Shown: positions 37,101-49,665 of the stretch, one piece after another
Position numbering within the stretch: the stretch's first letter is position 1
Layout: the number at the start of each line of letters is the position of its first letter
Source of the DNA: Gnetum montanum
Lineage: Eukaryota; Plantae; Gnetophyta
Reading direction: 5' to 3'
Length of the DNA stretch: 64,000 nt
Assembly: GCA_015680685.1 (NCBI GenBank)
Contig: MNCI01000357.1
Span: 20,432 to 84,431 of the forward strand
Notes under the pieces: model-generated
The model's input: the letters and a program-made list of their open reading frames with translations, nothing else
The model's database searches: none
What the model was told of the DNA's origin: nothing
Made by a program: the position numbers and the translations under genes

Positions 37101-40100
37101 TGTGTTTAAAAAATACCAGTGAAATTTCTTTAAGGATTTTATCATAGCATAAAATTGCTTTTCTATGGTGAGTATTTTAATTCTACATTCTTTAAAGGTG
37201 TAAACATGAAAACTATGGGTCTCTCACCTTGATCAACTACATCTTGGATTAAGATAGCAGTAGTAGTAACATTGCTAGAAAAAGCATATAAGAGGAAATC
37301 ATTTTCATACCAAGAAGAAGCTAGGATAAGGACATCTATAATGGCCTATTTAATAGCAAGGAAATCATTCTTTCTTTCATTTTTCTAGTGCATATTACTA
37401 TGTTTCTTAACCATCTCATTCAATGGTCTGACCAATTTAGCATATATAGAGATAAATCATCTAACAAAGTTAATTTTCCAAAAGAAAGCCCTTAGATTAG
37501 TCTTAGATAAGGGGTAAGATACTTCTAAAATTGCATTCACCTACTTAATATTAATTGTAATCCCTTCTTTAGTTACTATACGACCTAGAAATTTACCACT
37601 TTGAACATTGAAGATGGATTTTTTTGCATTCAATGTGATGCAAAATCGTCTACATCTTATAAAAATATTTCTAAGCTCCCTAAGGTGTGTACCATAATCC
37701 TTGAAGAAAATAGTTAAATCATCTAGGTAAATAATAATGCACTTCCTAATTAGCCCTTCAAAAGTCATGTCCATAGCTCTTTGAAAGGTAGAACCAATGT
37801 TTATGAGACCAAAGGGAATTTAGGAAATTGAAAGTTCCCCATTTTGTCATAAAATATATTTTATACTAGTCTTTCTTACTCACTAAGATTTGATTATACC
37901 CTGAGTATCCATCTAAAAAAGAAGACATTTGAGAACCATTCATGATTTGGAATAGCTCCTCTATAAGAGGGAGTGGATAATTATCCTTAATTCAAGAAGT
38001 ATTAAAGTTACAAAAGTCAATACATAATCTTAATTCACTAGTTCTTTTCCTAATAGGCACTAAGTTTGATATTCAGCTTGAATGTCTCATGGGGTAAATA
38101 ATCTTGGATTCTAGGAGCTTATCAATTTCTGCTTTCATTAGGGCTTGAATCTTGGGATTTATGGGTTTAAGATTTTGCCTAAATGGTTTCGTTTTTGGCT
38201 TAAGGGGGATTGTATGTATTATCACTAATGGATTGAAAATTCTAAGGTCTTCGTAGGTCCAAGCCAAAGCATCATTAAACTCATGTAGCAATTCAACTAG
38301 TTTTTGTTTTTTATCTGGATGTAAAAAAACTCCTATTTTAACAAGGTATTATCATCCTTTCTTTTGAATTTGACTTGTTTAGCTTTAGCTAATATTTTCC
38401 AATTAGTATTTTTAGATAAGTCTATGGTTTTGGTATGTAAGTCATCAAATAATGCTTCCCTAGCCACTATTTCATGAGATATTTTATTTAAGAATATAAC
38501 ATCCTTTGATATATCTCCTTGATCACTAAATTCTCCTTCTAAAACTAAAAAATTATAAACATGATTATGATCATAAAATACTTGAAAAGAAAAGACATTA
38601 TCAGGAATAGAATAAGACTAACATTTTTATAATAATTTCTAAATCCCAAGCATGGTGTTTAAAAAGGACATCCAAAGTAGTGGCCATTTGGGCTAGTGCA
38701 TTGGGAACTTAATTTTCTTTTCTTGGTATATGTTCAATGATTATGTATTAAAACTCTTAAAAATTTCAAGAATATAAGCTTTATATGCTATCATAGTGAC
38801 ATATTTATCATCAAAGATTCCATTGAATTGATATACTACTAGTTGAGAGTCACTATAAATCTTAAGTTTAGGTAAGTCATAGTATTGAGCTAGCTTGATC
38901 CCATGTATAAGTGCTTCATATTCAACCATGTTGTTAGTCATAGGCTATATGAAATTGATGGTTTTAAGCATAGGAGCTTCACTAGGAGGTACAAGCATCA
39001 TTCCTATTTCACATCCTTTCTTGGAAGAGGCATCATCCACTCTTAGTATCCAAGTGTTAAAGTTACTAAAATTTGAAAAATTAGTCCTTTGATCAAGGTA
39101 ACAATGATCATCATCAAAATTTGGCTAATCTTCTAATGTTTTATTGGTTAGAATCTCATTTATATCCTTATAACTTCCCAAAGGTGATGGGTGACCAAAA
39201 AGAAATGTTCTTCCATCATGTTGGTGATATGGTAAAGTATCTTCATAAACTTCTTCACATTCTCTAAATGTTTGGTAATATTGAATGGTATATGTGTAAG
39301 AAAAAGGGTTTATGCCTAAAGTCTTACCTACATCATCATTCATAAAATATTTGCCAAGTCCTAGATCAACAACTCTAACAAAAAGATTGGTATTTCTATT
39401 TTTCGAACACTTATGCTATTGATCAAAAGTTGTTACCACTTGTTTATAAAAAGGTTCTCTTGGTAAAATCATATATTCAGATTTTCCTTTAATAAGAACT
39501 AATAATTTTGAAAAATATAACCTAAAAAAGCCCCAAAATTGGCTCCAAAAGTCCTAGATAAAAGCACACCATAAGTGTATGACATATCAACTGCTAAAAT
39601 ATTCATATAGCATGTAAAAGTAGGGTATTATTTAAGTTATACTTTTACTCCTTTTAATGACCCTACTATAGGTACACTAGATCCATTGAGTTGTATCACA
39701 CTTCTTGCTTGTAATAGCATTTGTGCTCCTAATGTTTTATACACCTCAAGTGGCATGATGCTAACAACTACTCCAAAATCCATTAAACAATTATGAACAT
39801 TCTTTCCTAAAATAATTAAAGTTGTTAGAAAAGGAGGTTGATATTTCTTGTTCAAAATGGAATTTCTTGCATTTTTTATTAATAATGCATTAAGACTTTT
39901 TGCAAAATGAACTTGCCTTTCCATTGTCAGAGATTTTTCTTTATTAGTTTTAGGAGTATCAACTATCTTTTTAATCACATCTTTTATTTCATTAAAATGT
40001 AGAAGATCATACATTGACATGTTGGCTTTAACTCTTTTTAAATCCTCAACTAGATCATAATTCTTATGTTCATCTTTGGCTTTTAGTTGAGGTGAAGGTC

Positions 40101-41460
40101 TTCTAGGTATCAAAGGGGCATGTCTTGGGATGGCTTGGTTTGATTATTTATGTTGTTTTGACTAGGAAATCTTCTATTTGGAGGAGTATAAGGATTATTC
40201 CAAATTTGTTATTGTGTGGTGGTCATAACATCACTAAGTCTACGGTAGCAAGTGAGGTATGTTCAAGACCATAATTGGGGTTTTTCCATTTTGTTGATTT
40301 TGGGTGTTGTCACCATATAATGCTAAAAATTGAGGACAAGTTTTCTTATAATGTTGCCTAGTGTTATGAAGACGATAATAATCATCAATGATTGATGTGC
40401 TCAATTTTTTTTGATTATATGGGAACTTTACTGTTATTTTTCTTTAGTTTAACTACTTCACTGGAAAGCTTTTGAAGTTAAGTTAATATGTGTATCATTT
40501 GGTTTTTTATTTAACAAGTGGATGCATTAGGATTAGATATTCCATTTGGATTTATGATCAACTAGATTAAAGCTTTTGATTGATCGTCAGTTAAACTAGT
40601 ATTTGATGGTAAAAATGAAGAGGACATGGGGCCTTAAAAATAGCTACTTATAGGTTGAGTCATTTGAAGAGGAGTGGGAGTTTGGAACAAAGTATTATTC
40701 ATTGGAAAAACTTGTAATGGTAAAGGGGTAGATTGTAGGATTGCTAACATTCATCATCCCAAATTGAGTTTGAATGCTATGTATTAAGGTAATTTTTTCT
40801 AACTCAACATCTTTAGCCATTGCTCCTTACATTTTTGTTATGTTGGGATTAGATTTAATGGCATAGGTGAGGAATGGGTCAATGGTAAAGAGGTAGAAAT
40901 TAATAATACCATCAAGTTGTAGACACATCTCATTTAGCATATATTTAGCATATAAGCAACTTGATGAAGGAATCTTAAATTGTAATCACAAATATTTTCC
41001 CTAGGTAGTCTTCTTAGGCTTGTGAAATTGCTTGACACTAAGGCAAGGCTAGTGAACTTATCAAACTAAAGGAGGAACTTATTTTTAAACTCTTGCCATG
41101 AGTTGATAGAGGCATTAGGGAGCATAAAAAACCATTATGTGGCTTTACTCTTGAAATTTGTTAGAAAGACCCTACATGCTATGTCATTTTGGATAATGTT
41201 ATGGATGCATAGTAAGATTTCAAAACATTGTATTTGTTGGTAGGCATCACTAGTAGGGGTTGTGGGATTGAAGAACAAATTTATGTTTTGAAGTGTGAAA
41301 CACCATTAAAATTTTGGTGATAGCACTTTAATGGTAATTTTTTCTAAGCATCAACATGAGACAAATTTTTTCTAAGTGTTTAGCCCGTACTTCCACTACT
41401 AGGGCTACACTCTAGAGTGTAGCTAGCATAGCATGCAACATAGAACCAGGCTTGCAAAAT
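34148..41460 (-). mobile_element. Tat-type Ty3/Gypsy element internal region: gag-PR-aRH-RT-RH-INT, degenerate
   Basis: gag ~41330-40700 (IACRVF..WF..LPNASINSWQEF), PR ~39850-39560 (NCLMDFG..SIMP), aRH ~39060-38670, RT ~38300-37400 (IIIYLDDL), RH ~37330-36900, INT ~36640-35650 (LALDFIG..LTATDY..VVDNGPTF). Confidence 0.92.
38670..39060 (-). pseudogene. Additional archaeal-type RNase H (aRH) between protease and RT
   Basis: WILRVDDASSKKG..G..LVPP...TNNMVEYEALIHGIKLA...LKIYSDSQLVVYQFNG matches the RNase HI pattern TNN.AEYEAL..GL..A...DSQLV..Q. Confidence 0.9.
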
Positions 41461-41501
41461 TTTCTAAGTGTCAACAATGGTCATAGAAATTTTTTTAAGT
41501 G

Positions 41502-42256
41502 TGATGAGTGGCAAGGTACCCCTACACTTAACCATACGAATACGAGCGTTACACGCGCGATCTGGTCAAACTCCAAGGACTAAGTGCTTACGCGCCCTAA
41601 TGAAACACTTAAGGTTAATCAATCATTGTCTTCCGAAACTTACTTATATTGTCACGATTGTATGGTTAAGTAAGCTTGAGGTGTATGATTTTTATATCTT
41701 TTATCTTTTTAACACCTTATGCTAAGAGGGAAGGGTGAAGAGACTAAGTGACTAACTTTCATTAACTATTCGCTAACTAAGTTCTAAGTGTCCTAGCACT
41801 AGTATCTATTCCCACTTGCCATACACACCTTGAACCAATGTAACACTACTAAGATTACCAAGCACTATTCGTTATTGGGTTACCAAGCCTTACACATGTG
41901 CTCAAAGCGGTTGTACTGAATGCACTTAACTAGGAGAGTTAAGGGTTAAGAGAGATTAATTATGTAGGAAAGCATTTAAACATTTAACAGTAATTAAATC
42001 CTATTTAGCTTAATCCACGTGCTGTAAGGTTTATCAGAAAGTTCATCTTTATTTTCATACACAAATGTGTGCTCAGGTACAATTTTCTCGAATAAAGATC
42101 CATTCACTTTGAGACTCCTACTACGGGCACATGGAAATTATTCTAACTCTGGAATGGTAAAACTGCTATAGTTTGGCTAAGGGTCTAGATCTAGATGAGG
42201 AAACAAGGAAAAGCCACCTCTTATTTATAGAACTGGCGATGGGCTACGATATCCCC
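41502..42256 (-). repeat. Athila-family LTR, truncated, inserted in the 5' region of the Tat element
   Basis: Starts TGATGAGTGG and aligns with 12092 and 23226 (cattgtcttcc.aact.tact, ttaccaag, gctcaaagcggt). Retains many CpGs. Homology ends in a patchwork junction at ~42257. Confidence 0.82.
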
Positions 42257-45200
42257 ATATTTATAGAACTACTATAGTTTGGCTAAGGGTCTATAAATAT
42301 CCCCTTATTCCACACTCTGGAGGTTGGAAATTCATTTTAGTGGTGGGCATTTGAAGAATTTGGTGGGAAAATTCAAATAACAATTGGCATTTCCAGAGTA
42401 CCACTTTGCACCTGAGGCACTTTGAGCACCCTACACATTAAAGCATATTAGCACCTTAGCAACACCTCTGCATCTCATTCAGCACTCTAGCACACAACAA
42501 CCCATAGGACACTGCAGTAGCCAACCCAATAGACATAGACTGTATAGCAGATATCAGTCTTCACCCTAGGATACCATAAAGATTGTGGCTATGCTACTAC
42601 TACACCTGTCTATAAATCACATACCTTCTTACCTCTCTTTTATAATTTCTATGCTTTCTATTTGGGGTAGTGCCATTTTCTCGTTTAAGCTCCTCTGCAT
42701 TTTTAAGATTTTTTATGCATTTTTTAACATATTGGCATTACATTCACATCTCCTCGCTAATTTATACATTTTTGCATGTTCACACCTCCACTATCATGCT
42801 AGAAAACCCCACTATACTTAGGCTTTGTTAGCTACGATACTATAAAAAATACCATTAAAATGCTTAGCATGATCCCACAATATTAGCACTTTCATTTCAG
42901 CTAATCACGCTACCCCTTAGTTCCACCCAAGACCCTAGTTGTAGCTGACAAAGTCCTTGTTTGATTGACATGACTATCTAGTGCACTTTGCCTCTACTTT
43001 CTAGCAAGGCCCTTGCATTGAGGTGAGGTTGAGACTGTGTGCCCATGAACCCCTTGGTGTTCTAGCCATCGATGTTCTTGGTTACTATAGTTTTCTGGGA
43101 ATAGAAGGAGGGCCTCACAATTTCCTTTTGCATTTAGTGATAGTCCCATGTGCACTCTATACCTCTACTACTAGCTTTGAACTAGTGTAGATGTGATACC
43201 CTTGTGGTTATCTATGAGTTGGTTGGTGTAGATTGGTCCTAGTTTTTGGTTTCCCTAGAACCCCATGGGATGAAATCCAAAGTGTATTTCTTGCATTTGG
43301 ATCCTAAACTTTGTGTGACAGGAAGATAATAACTTGCCCTTAGCATAAGAGCATAGCAAGCTATGGTGTAGTAAGTGTAGCACTAGAGTTGAACATTTTT
43401 CTGGTAGCAACTCTCAAACTTAGCTATCGTTTTAGCATTTCTATACTTATCCATTTTCAATAATCATTATACTTAGCCATTTCCTTTCTAGTGTTCCACC
43501 TTTTGCATCTTCTCACAATAGCATGAACCCTGAAGAGCCTTCAACCTCTACCTCAAACATGGTCATTATTTGACCTATTTAGTAGGAATTCACAATTGAC
43601 ATTCCTGGGGTTGAAGGCCACATCTTTATGGGAAGGTAATCCCTCAAGATTTGTAACCAATCTCCCAAGCACATGGTGCTCAACAAAGACAAATACAACT
43701 TCCTTTGCATAAAGCTCTAGGTGGGCATCCCATTAGACTACTAAGAGCTGGATGTAAAGTGAGGTTATGAGCTATGTAAGGGAGTACTTCCTTGCCTCTA
43801 AGATTTGATCCCCCTCACCAAGACCTTTTGTTGGATGCTTAACCAACTCATCTGGTTGAGCAATTTGAACGAGCACAATGTAGTAACTAATTATGAGGAG
43901 TCCTTGTAAGATGGGCAAGAGGATTTTAAGGCTCACTTAGAGAATGAGAATGCCTTCTATGTCTCTTTCATGCCACCTACCTCTAATGTGGCTCCCTCAA
44001 AATCTTAGCCATCTTGCTTCTTTGATTTAGTAATGTCTCCCTTGTCACCACCTAGGCCAATGCCTATTATAGTAAGCCATCAAGCACATATGCATCAAGG
44101 TGTAGGACCATCTGTTACCCTGCCCTTCATGGTCGTAGCATAGTCCATGCAATCCTCTATTCTAGCATTCATGATTCCAACCCAACCCTACGTGCACATG
44201 GTGTCAACGTCCCAACCATATGCTAGTTAGGCATCGTATATCCCACCTATCTCGATTGTGCCTCCTATGATAGCCCAAGACACAACCATGTGGTGGGGCC
44301 CTACCTCTATGCCTTGGGCACAACACACCCAATAGCCTCCATAGTAGTACACTCATCAAGCATCCCACATGATTGCACAATCCACAGTGGAACCATGGAC
44401 CACACCAATAGCATAGCAAGCTACACAACTAATGCACCCTACTACACTCACACCGAGCCTAGATCAAGCATTTTAGCTCGTTCAGACACTCATTGAATAG
44501 GTCAGAGGACATAAGGCCACCTCTTCTAATATGGTACAAGTGATGAACTTCTACCAAGATGATCCTATTAGTCCTGTTGTCCCAACATTGACTGTACCGC
44601 CTAGCATCCAACTTTCTCAATTCACCAAATATAATGGTGAAGTGAACTTTAGCACCCATCTAGTGATCTTCCAGTCCAAGTGCCTTTTATTGTAGGCATG
44701 GCTGCATGCAGTCATTCTTATATTTTCCATGTCCCTAACTAGCAAGGTGCTAGATTGGTATTGCACACTCCCTAGGGCCTCCATATCTTCATTAGAGGAT
44801 TTGCTCAGCCAATTTGTCACTTGCTTCAAGTACAACTTGAAACCTAAGGTAACCTTAGAATAGCTTATGTACATCAAGCAAGGCCACTTAGAGAATATTC
44901 AAAAGTTCATCCAATGATGGAGTGCTACGCTCAACAAAATTCATGACCCTGACATGGAAACTCACCTACTAGTCATTTTCAAAGGCACAGTGAACAACTT
45001 CATCAAGTTGAAGTTGTACTATCTTGCCATACACTCTTTGAGCCAAGCATTCACTCAAACGAAAAGCATTTAGGATGTAGTGAAAGCTAGTAAGAATCTA
45101 GCCTATATTTCCTACAAGAATGCACATGTGAAGAAAGAAAAGGATAAGGGAAAGACAACAAAAATAGTTGCAAAAATGGCCAATGAGGCCAAGCCGAACA

Positions 45201-45303
45201 ACACCAGACCAATGACCAAGGTAACTAAGGCCTTGGCCAACAACAAGGTAACCAACTCTAGTATTGTAGCAACCAACCAACCTACAGCATCAATGGCTAT
45301 GGG

Positions 45304-45944
45304 GCAAGCTCCCCTAAGGCCAAACATTGAGTGTCAAGACCACTTAAAATATATGCCATTGCCCATCAAGCCATCAAAACTTTTGGGTTAATTTGTTAGT
45401 GCTGGGTGCATCCAGTATAAGAAAATGCCTGAAGATTCTTGCAAGTGTTATGACTACTACTGCAAGCTCCCCTAAGGCCAAACATTGAGTGTCAAGACCA
45501 CTTAAAATATATGCCATTGCCCATCAAGCCATCAAAACTTTTGGGTTAATTTGTTAGTGCTGGGTGCATCCAGTATAAGAAAATGCCTGAAGATTCTTGC
45601 AAGTGTTATGACTACTACTGCAAGCTCCCCTAAGGCCAAACATTGAGTGTCAAGACCACTTAAAATATATGCCATTGCCCATCAAGCCATCAAAACTTTT
45701 GGGTTAATTTGTTAGTGCTGGGTGCATCCAGTATAAGAAAATGCCTGAAGATTCTTGCAAGTGTTATGACTACTACTGCAAGCTCCCCTAAGGCCAAACA
45801 TTGAGTGTCAAGACCACTTAAAATATATGCCATTGCCCATCAAGCCATCAAAACTTTTGGGTTAATTTGTTAGTGCTGGGTGCATCCAGTATAAGAAAAT
45901 GCCTGAAGATTCTTGCAAGTGTTATGACTACTACTGCAAGCTCC
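45304..45944 (+). repeat. Tandem array of 4 x 158 bp identical units plus a 9-bp partial unit, inside gag of E
   Basis: GCAAGCTCC recurs at 45304, 45462, 45620, 45778 and 45936. I saw no differences between the units. Confidence 0.97.
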
Positions 45945-47924
45945 TTAGAAACCCATCAATGGCTACACTAAATGAGTCTCCAGTCCTTAAGTACTTCAAG
46001 TTGGACTAGTTTTTCCATTACCATCAATTTCCTACCCAGGTCATGAACTTTTGCATGGCCTTATAGGATGACATACAATGCATGATTGACCAAGGCCAAC
46101 TGGTTCTTAATGCAACCAACCTAGTTCACCTAGAAAATCAATTAATGAAGGTCTACAAAGATCCCCTCAAACACAAGTGATTTAGGCTATGTTATCAATG
46201 CCATCAACATTGATGATGATGCAAGACTGACATGAGAGCCATTTTTGATTTGTATGTCCTCTAATAACATTGGGGCCTCCTCGGCATCAACTAGTCCAAG
46301 GACCCCTTTTGTCATCAAAGCACCACCTTGAATGCCCATTACATCCTTTGTGGTTAGGGCCCCACAGTATGTTGCACTGATAGCAACCTAGATATCTTTC
46401 ATCATTAGGATGCCACAACGTGTGGATCCTTTGCCGAGTTTGGTGGTGAGGATTGGAACAAGCCCTGCTTGTCCAAGGCCTCATCTTGCATACAACACCA
46501 AGTAGTCGAGGTGGTTTCCCAGGAGGTCAAATGAGCATCTTGTTAACTAAATGATAAGGGAATGCATGGTGCTAGGTTCACCTAACCATGTCCCCTTGTC
46601 TACTATTCTTATGGCCACATTAGCCAAGGCTACCACCTTAAGCAATCAACAACTGAGCACTAAGGCTCATAAATAGGCAAAAAAAAACCAAGCCCAAATC
46701 TCCTCCCCAAGAGATCTATCTCTTGGGCCATGTGGAGGAGATGAAGGCTAACAAGGTAACTAATAGTGATAAGGACTTTCTAGATGCATTGGCACAAGTC
46801 AAGAAGGCTTTGAAACAAAATAATACAACATTGAGCCTATACAACTTGGTTATGACCTCCACTCACCACAAAGCACTAGTTTGCATATTGGCCTCCATTC
46901 CTATTAAGAAAAACATCCTAGTAGATGAACAAGCCATCCATACTATGATGCTTCCTCCTTTACCTCAAGAATTAAGTTCAACATTTCTAGCATTTCATGA
47001 TGAGGCAATCAAGCTTGACCCTAAAAAGGGTTAGGTCATCACTACACCAATGTTTATAACCATCTGCATAGGGCAATGTAGGATTCATAGGGTGCACATT
47101 GATGATGGGGTGGTGACTAATATCATCCCATTTCTTATCATTAACAAGCTTGGCCTCATCGACCAAATCTAGGCCATAAAGACAATGTGACTCAAGTCCT
47201 TTAATGGATCATGCATTATCGTGAAGGGAATGATCACAATAGCCTTCATGGTAGGGGAGTAATTCTCAACTATGGTCGACTTCATTATCATCAAGGAGAT
47301 GCCTGGGTTCAACCTAATTTTGGGAAGGCCCTGGCTAGCCCAATTATGGGCCATCTCCTCACTCATTCATCAAGAGATCCACCTTCTATACAAAGGTGAA
47401 GAAGTGATCATACATGGTGACAATTTGATTCCTCCAACCATTAACAACATTGACACAAACCAAGGGTCAGAGGTAGAGTTCCTTGATGACACAACTCCTA
47501 TGGAGGACAAGAGTCAATCTTATTTGGCAAACCCATCTGAAGAGCCAAAAAAGGCTAATACCCTTCTCGAGGAAGCTCTATGGGCAAAAATACCCTTTAG
47601 GATCAATGATGAAGGTATAGGTGAATACCGCCTCGTGCTACCTAGCCCCTATGCACCTCCTAACCCACATTAGGTTAGGAAGCAACTACATGACTAAGGT
47701 ACCCCTTAGTTCAACACATGCTAGGTGCCTACTTGCTCTTAATTTTTGCATGCCCTATTAGCCTTTTGCTTGCACAACTACATTTTGCATGATTACTTGT
47801 GTTTAACATGATTTTCTTTGTTATGCATTTATTTCTTTTACCTATGCATTTTCATTTAGTCTTTTCATGCATTAGAAAAACACTAAAATACATAAAAATT
47901 ATAAAATTCAAAATCACAAAAAAG

Positions 47925-48300
47925 GAGATGGCCTACCATGGCCTAAAATTGGAAACCTTTTCATCGTTACGACTTGAAAAGGCCTTAAATTAGTGTACAG
48001 CTCACTATGGCCTAACACTAGCAACCTTTCTCTCCCATTACACATTCCACCATGGTCTTAAACTGGAAATCTTTCTTACATTTCCATAGCCTGAAAAGGC
48101 CTTAAACTAGCACACAACTAGCCATGGCCTTAAATTGGCACCTTGCAGCCTACCACGGCCCAAAACGAGCAACACTTTTCCTTTTATTTGCAACCCAAAA
48201 TGACCTTAAACTAGTAATTGCCATAGCCCAAAAAGGCCTTAAACTAGCAATGACCCTTCTACCATGGCCTTAAACTAGCATGGGGCCCACAAGGGGCCTA
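47925..48300 (+). repeat. Degenerate short tandem repeats (ggccttaaaactagc-like) downstream of gag-PR in E
   Basis: Repeated atggcctaaa, aaggccttaaactagc and ggccttaaatt motifs. An equivalent inverted array lies in F at 54565-54760. Confidence 0.75.
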
Positions 48301-48467
48301 ATTGCACCAACTAGTTGCATTATCTGCATTATCTACCTTGAACATGAAGTTTGACACATAATCATCATCAAAAAAAGTATAAGTTTTATTATATTTCCAT
48401 TAGTAGGAGTACAAAAATGGCCAAAGTGAAAAATTTTCCAATAGCCAAGCTACATCAAGTTTGCTCA

Positions 48468-49665
48468 TTTAGTGGTGTCTAGTGGGGGTTGAGGCTCCTC
48501 TTCCTCCTCCTCTACTACTCTAATGGAGCCTATGGCTTTACCTAGTGCCTACTCAAAAGCAATACAAAACAACAAATTAATCAGTAAGTGCAAAAAATAA
48601 ATACAAATCTAGCATGCAAAGCTAATACATAAAAGGCATAAAAAACAAAAGCAAAACTAACCTAAGAGGATCCTACATCAAAATCTAGAGGCAATCTATT
48701 AAGGCCCTCCTCCAAGTGTTAGAGGATCTGAACCTTTGATAACCACATCCAGTCCTTGTGGCCAAAGTTCACATTTGCAAGGATCTTGTCATTGTCCATA
48801 GTGATCCATGTAGGAGGCTACTTTGAAAAGGTGGCTATAGAAGAATCCCCTAAGGGTAGGGTAATCCCCTACTCTAGGAAGCCACTAACCACTATATGCT
48901 AAGAAAATAGCTTGAAGGCCCAACTCCTACCAATTGCCTTAACAAACATTGCAAGCAATGGGCCTTCATAGACTCATCCTTGAGCTACTACAAATAGGCA
49001 TCCTACTCATGCTTGTAGTGGTGCTTGTGGTCCTTTTGTGTATACCCCCACTTGCACACCTTGGTGCTAAAACTCTTCCACCCCTAATTTTTCTAAGAGA
49101 GTAGATCCATTTGCAACCTCTGATCGATGATCTCCTAAGTAGCCTCATTCTTACCTTGGATCGTTGACTAGTATTTAGCATAATCTATCTTTAATGTTCA
49201 CTAGGTACTATCCCTCTATGCCTGACCTAACAAAAAATCATAACAGGAATTGGAAGTCCTTGTTCTTTGCAGTCAGGCTTAACATTGCCTTCTAGAGCTC
49301 ATACACACATTTCTATAGGTGCTCATTTGAGTGCCTACAGGTCCACAACACCTTCACACTAGAAAGCACGCACTTACTTACTACCTCGTACATATGATAA
49401 GTCACCTACTCCACCTTAGAGGGATACTCAAGGATGGCATTCACATGAGCTATCCAATTTTGATCCCAATGAAGCTTAGAGCCTATTAGCATACAATGAA
49501 CAAACTAATGTTAGTAATAGACTAAGCATGGAATCAGTAAAAAAAGTTCAAAGAAAATGACATACCTACTGCGTTCAAGATTTGCCTACTATATGCAGTC
49601 CACCATGTCATTCATGATTCCATTCATGAAGGTGAATTTATAGATGTTGAATTTGATTGATCTTA
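48468..49665 (-). pseudogene. 3' exons of the antisense spliced accessory gene in element E
   Basis: GT-AG introns 49565-49483 and 48661-48549. Exons KFTFMNGIMNDMVDC, SKLHWD..VNAILEYP..HMY..SKC..LW.CR..N and DVGSS are homologous to the F exons. Confidence 0.75.

Noticed and set aside
45304-45944. CRISPR-like or satellite array
   Set aside because: Units are contiguous and identical with no spacers, and they derive from gag. The DNA is eukaryotic with no cas genes.
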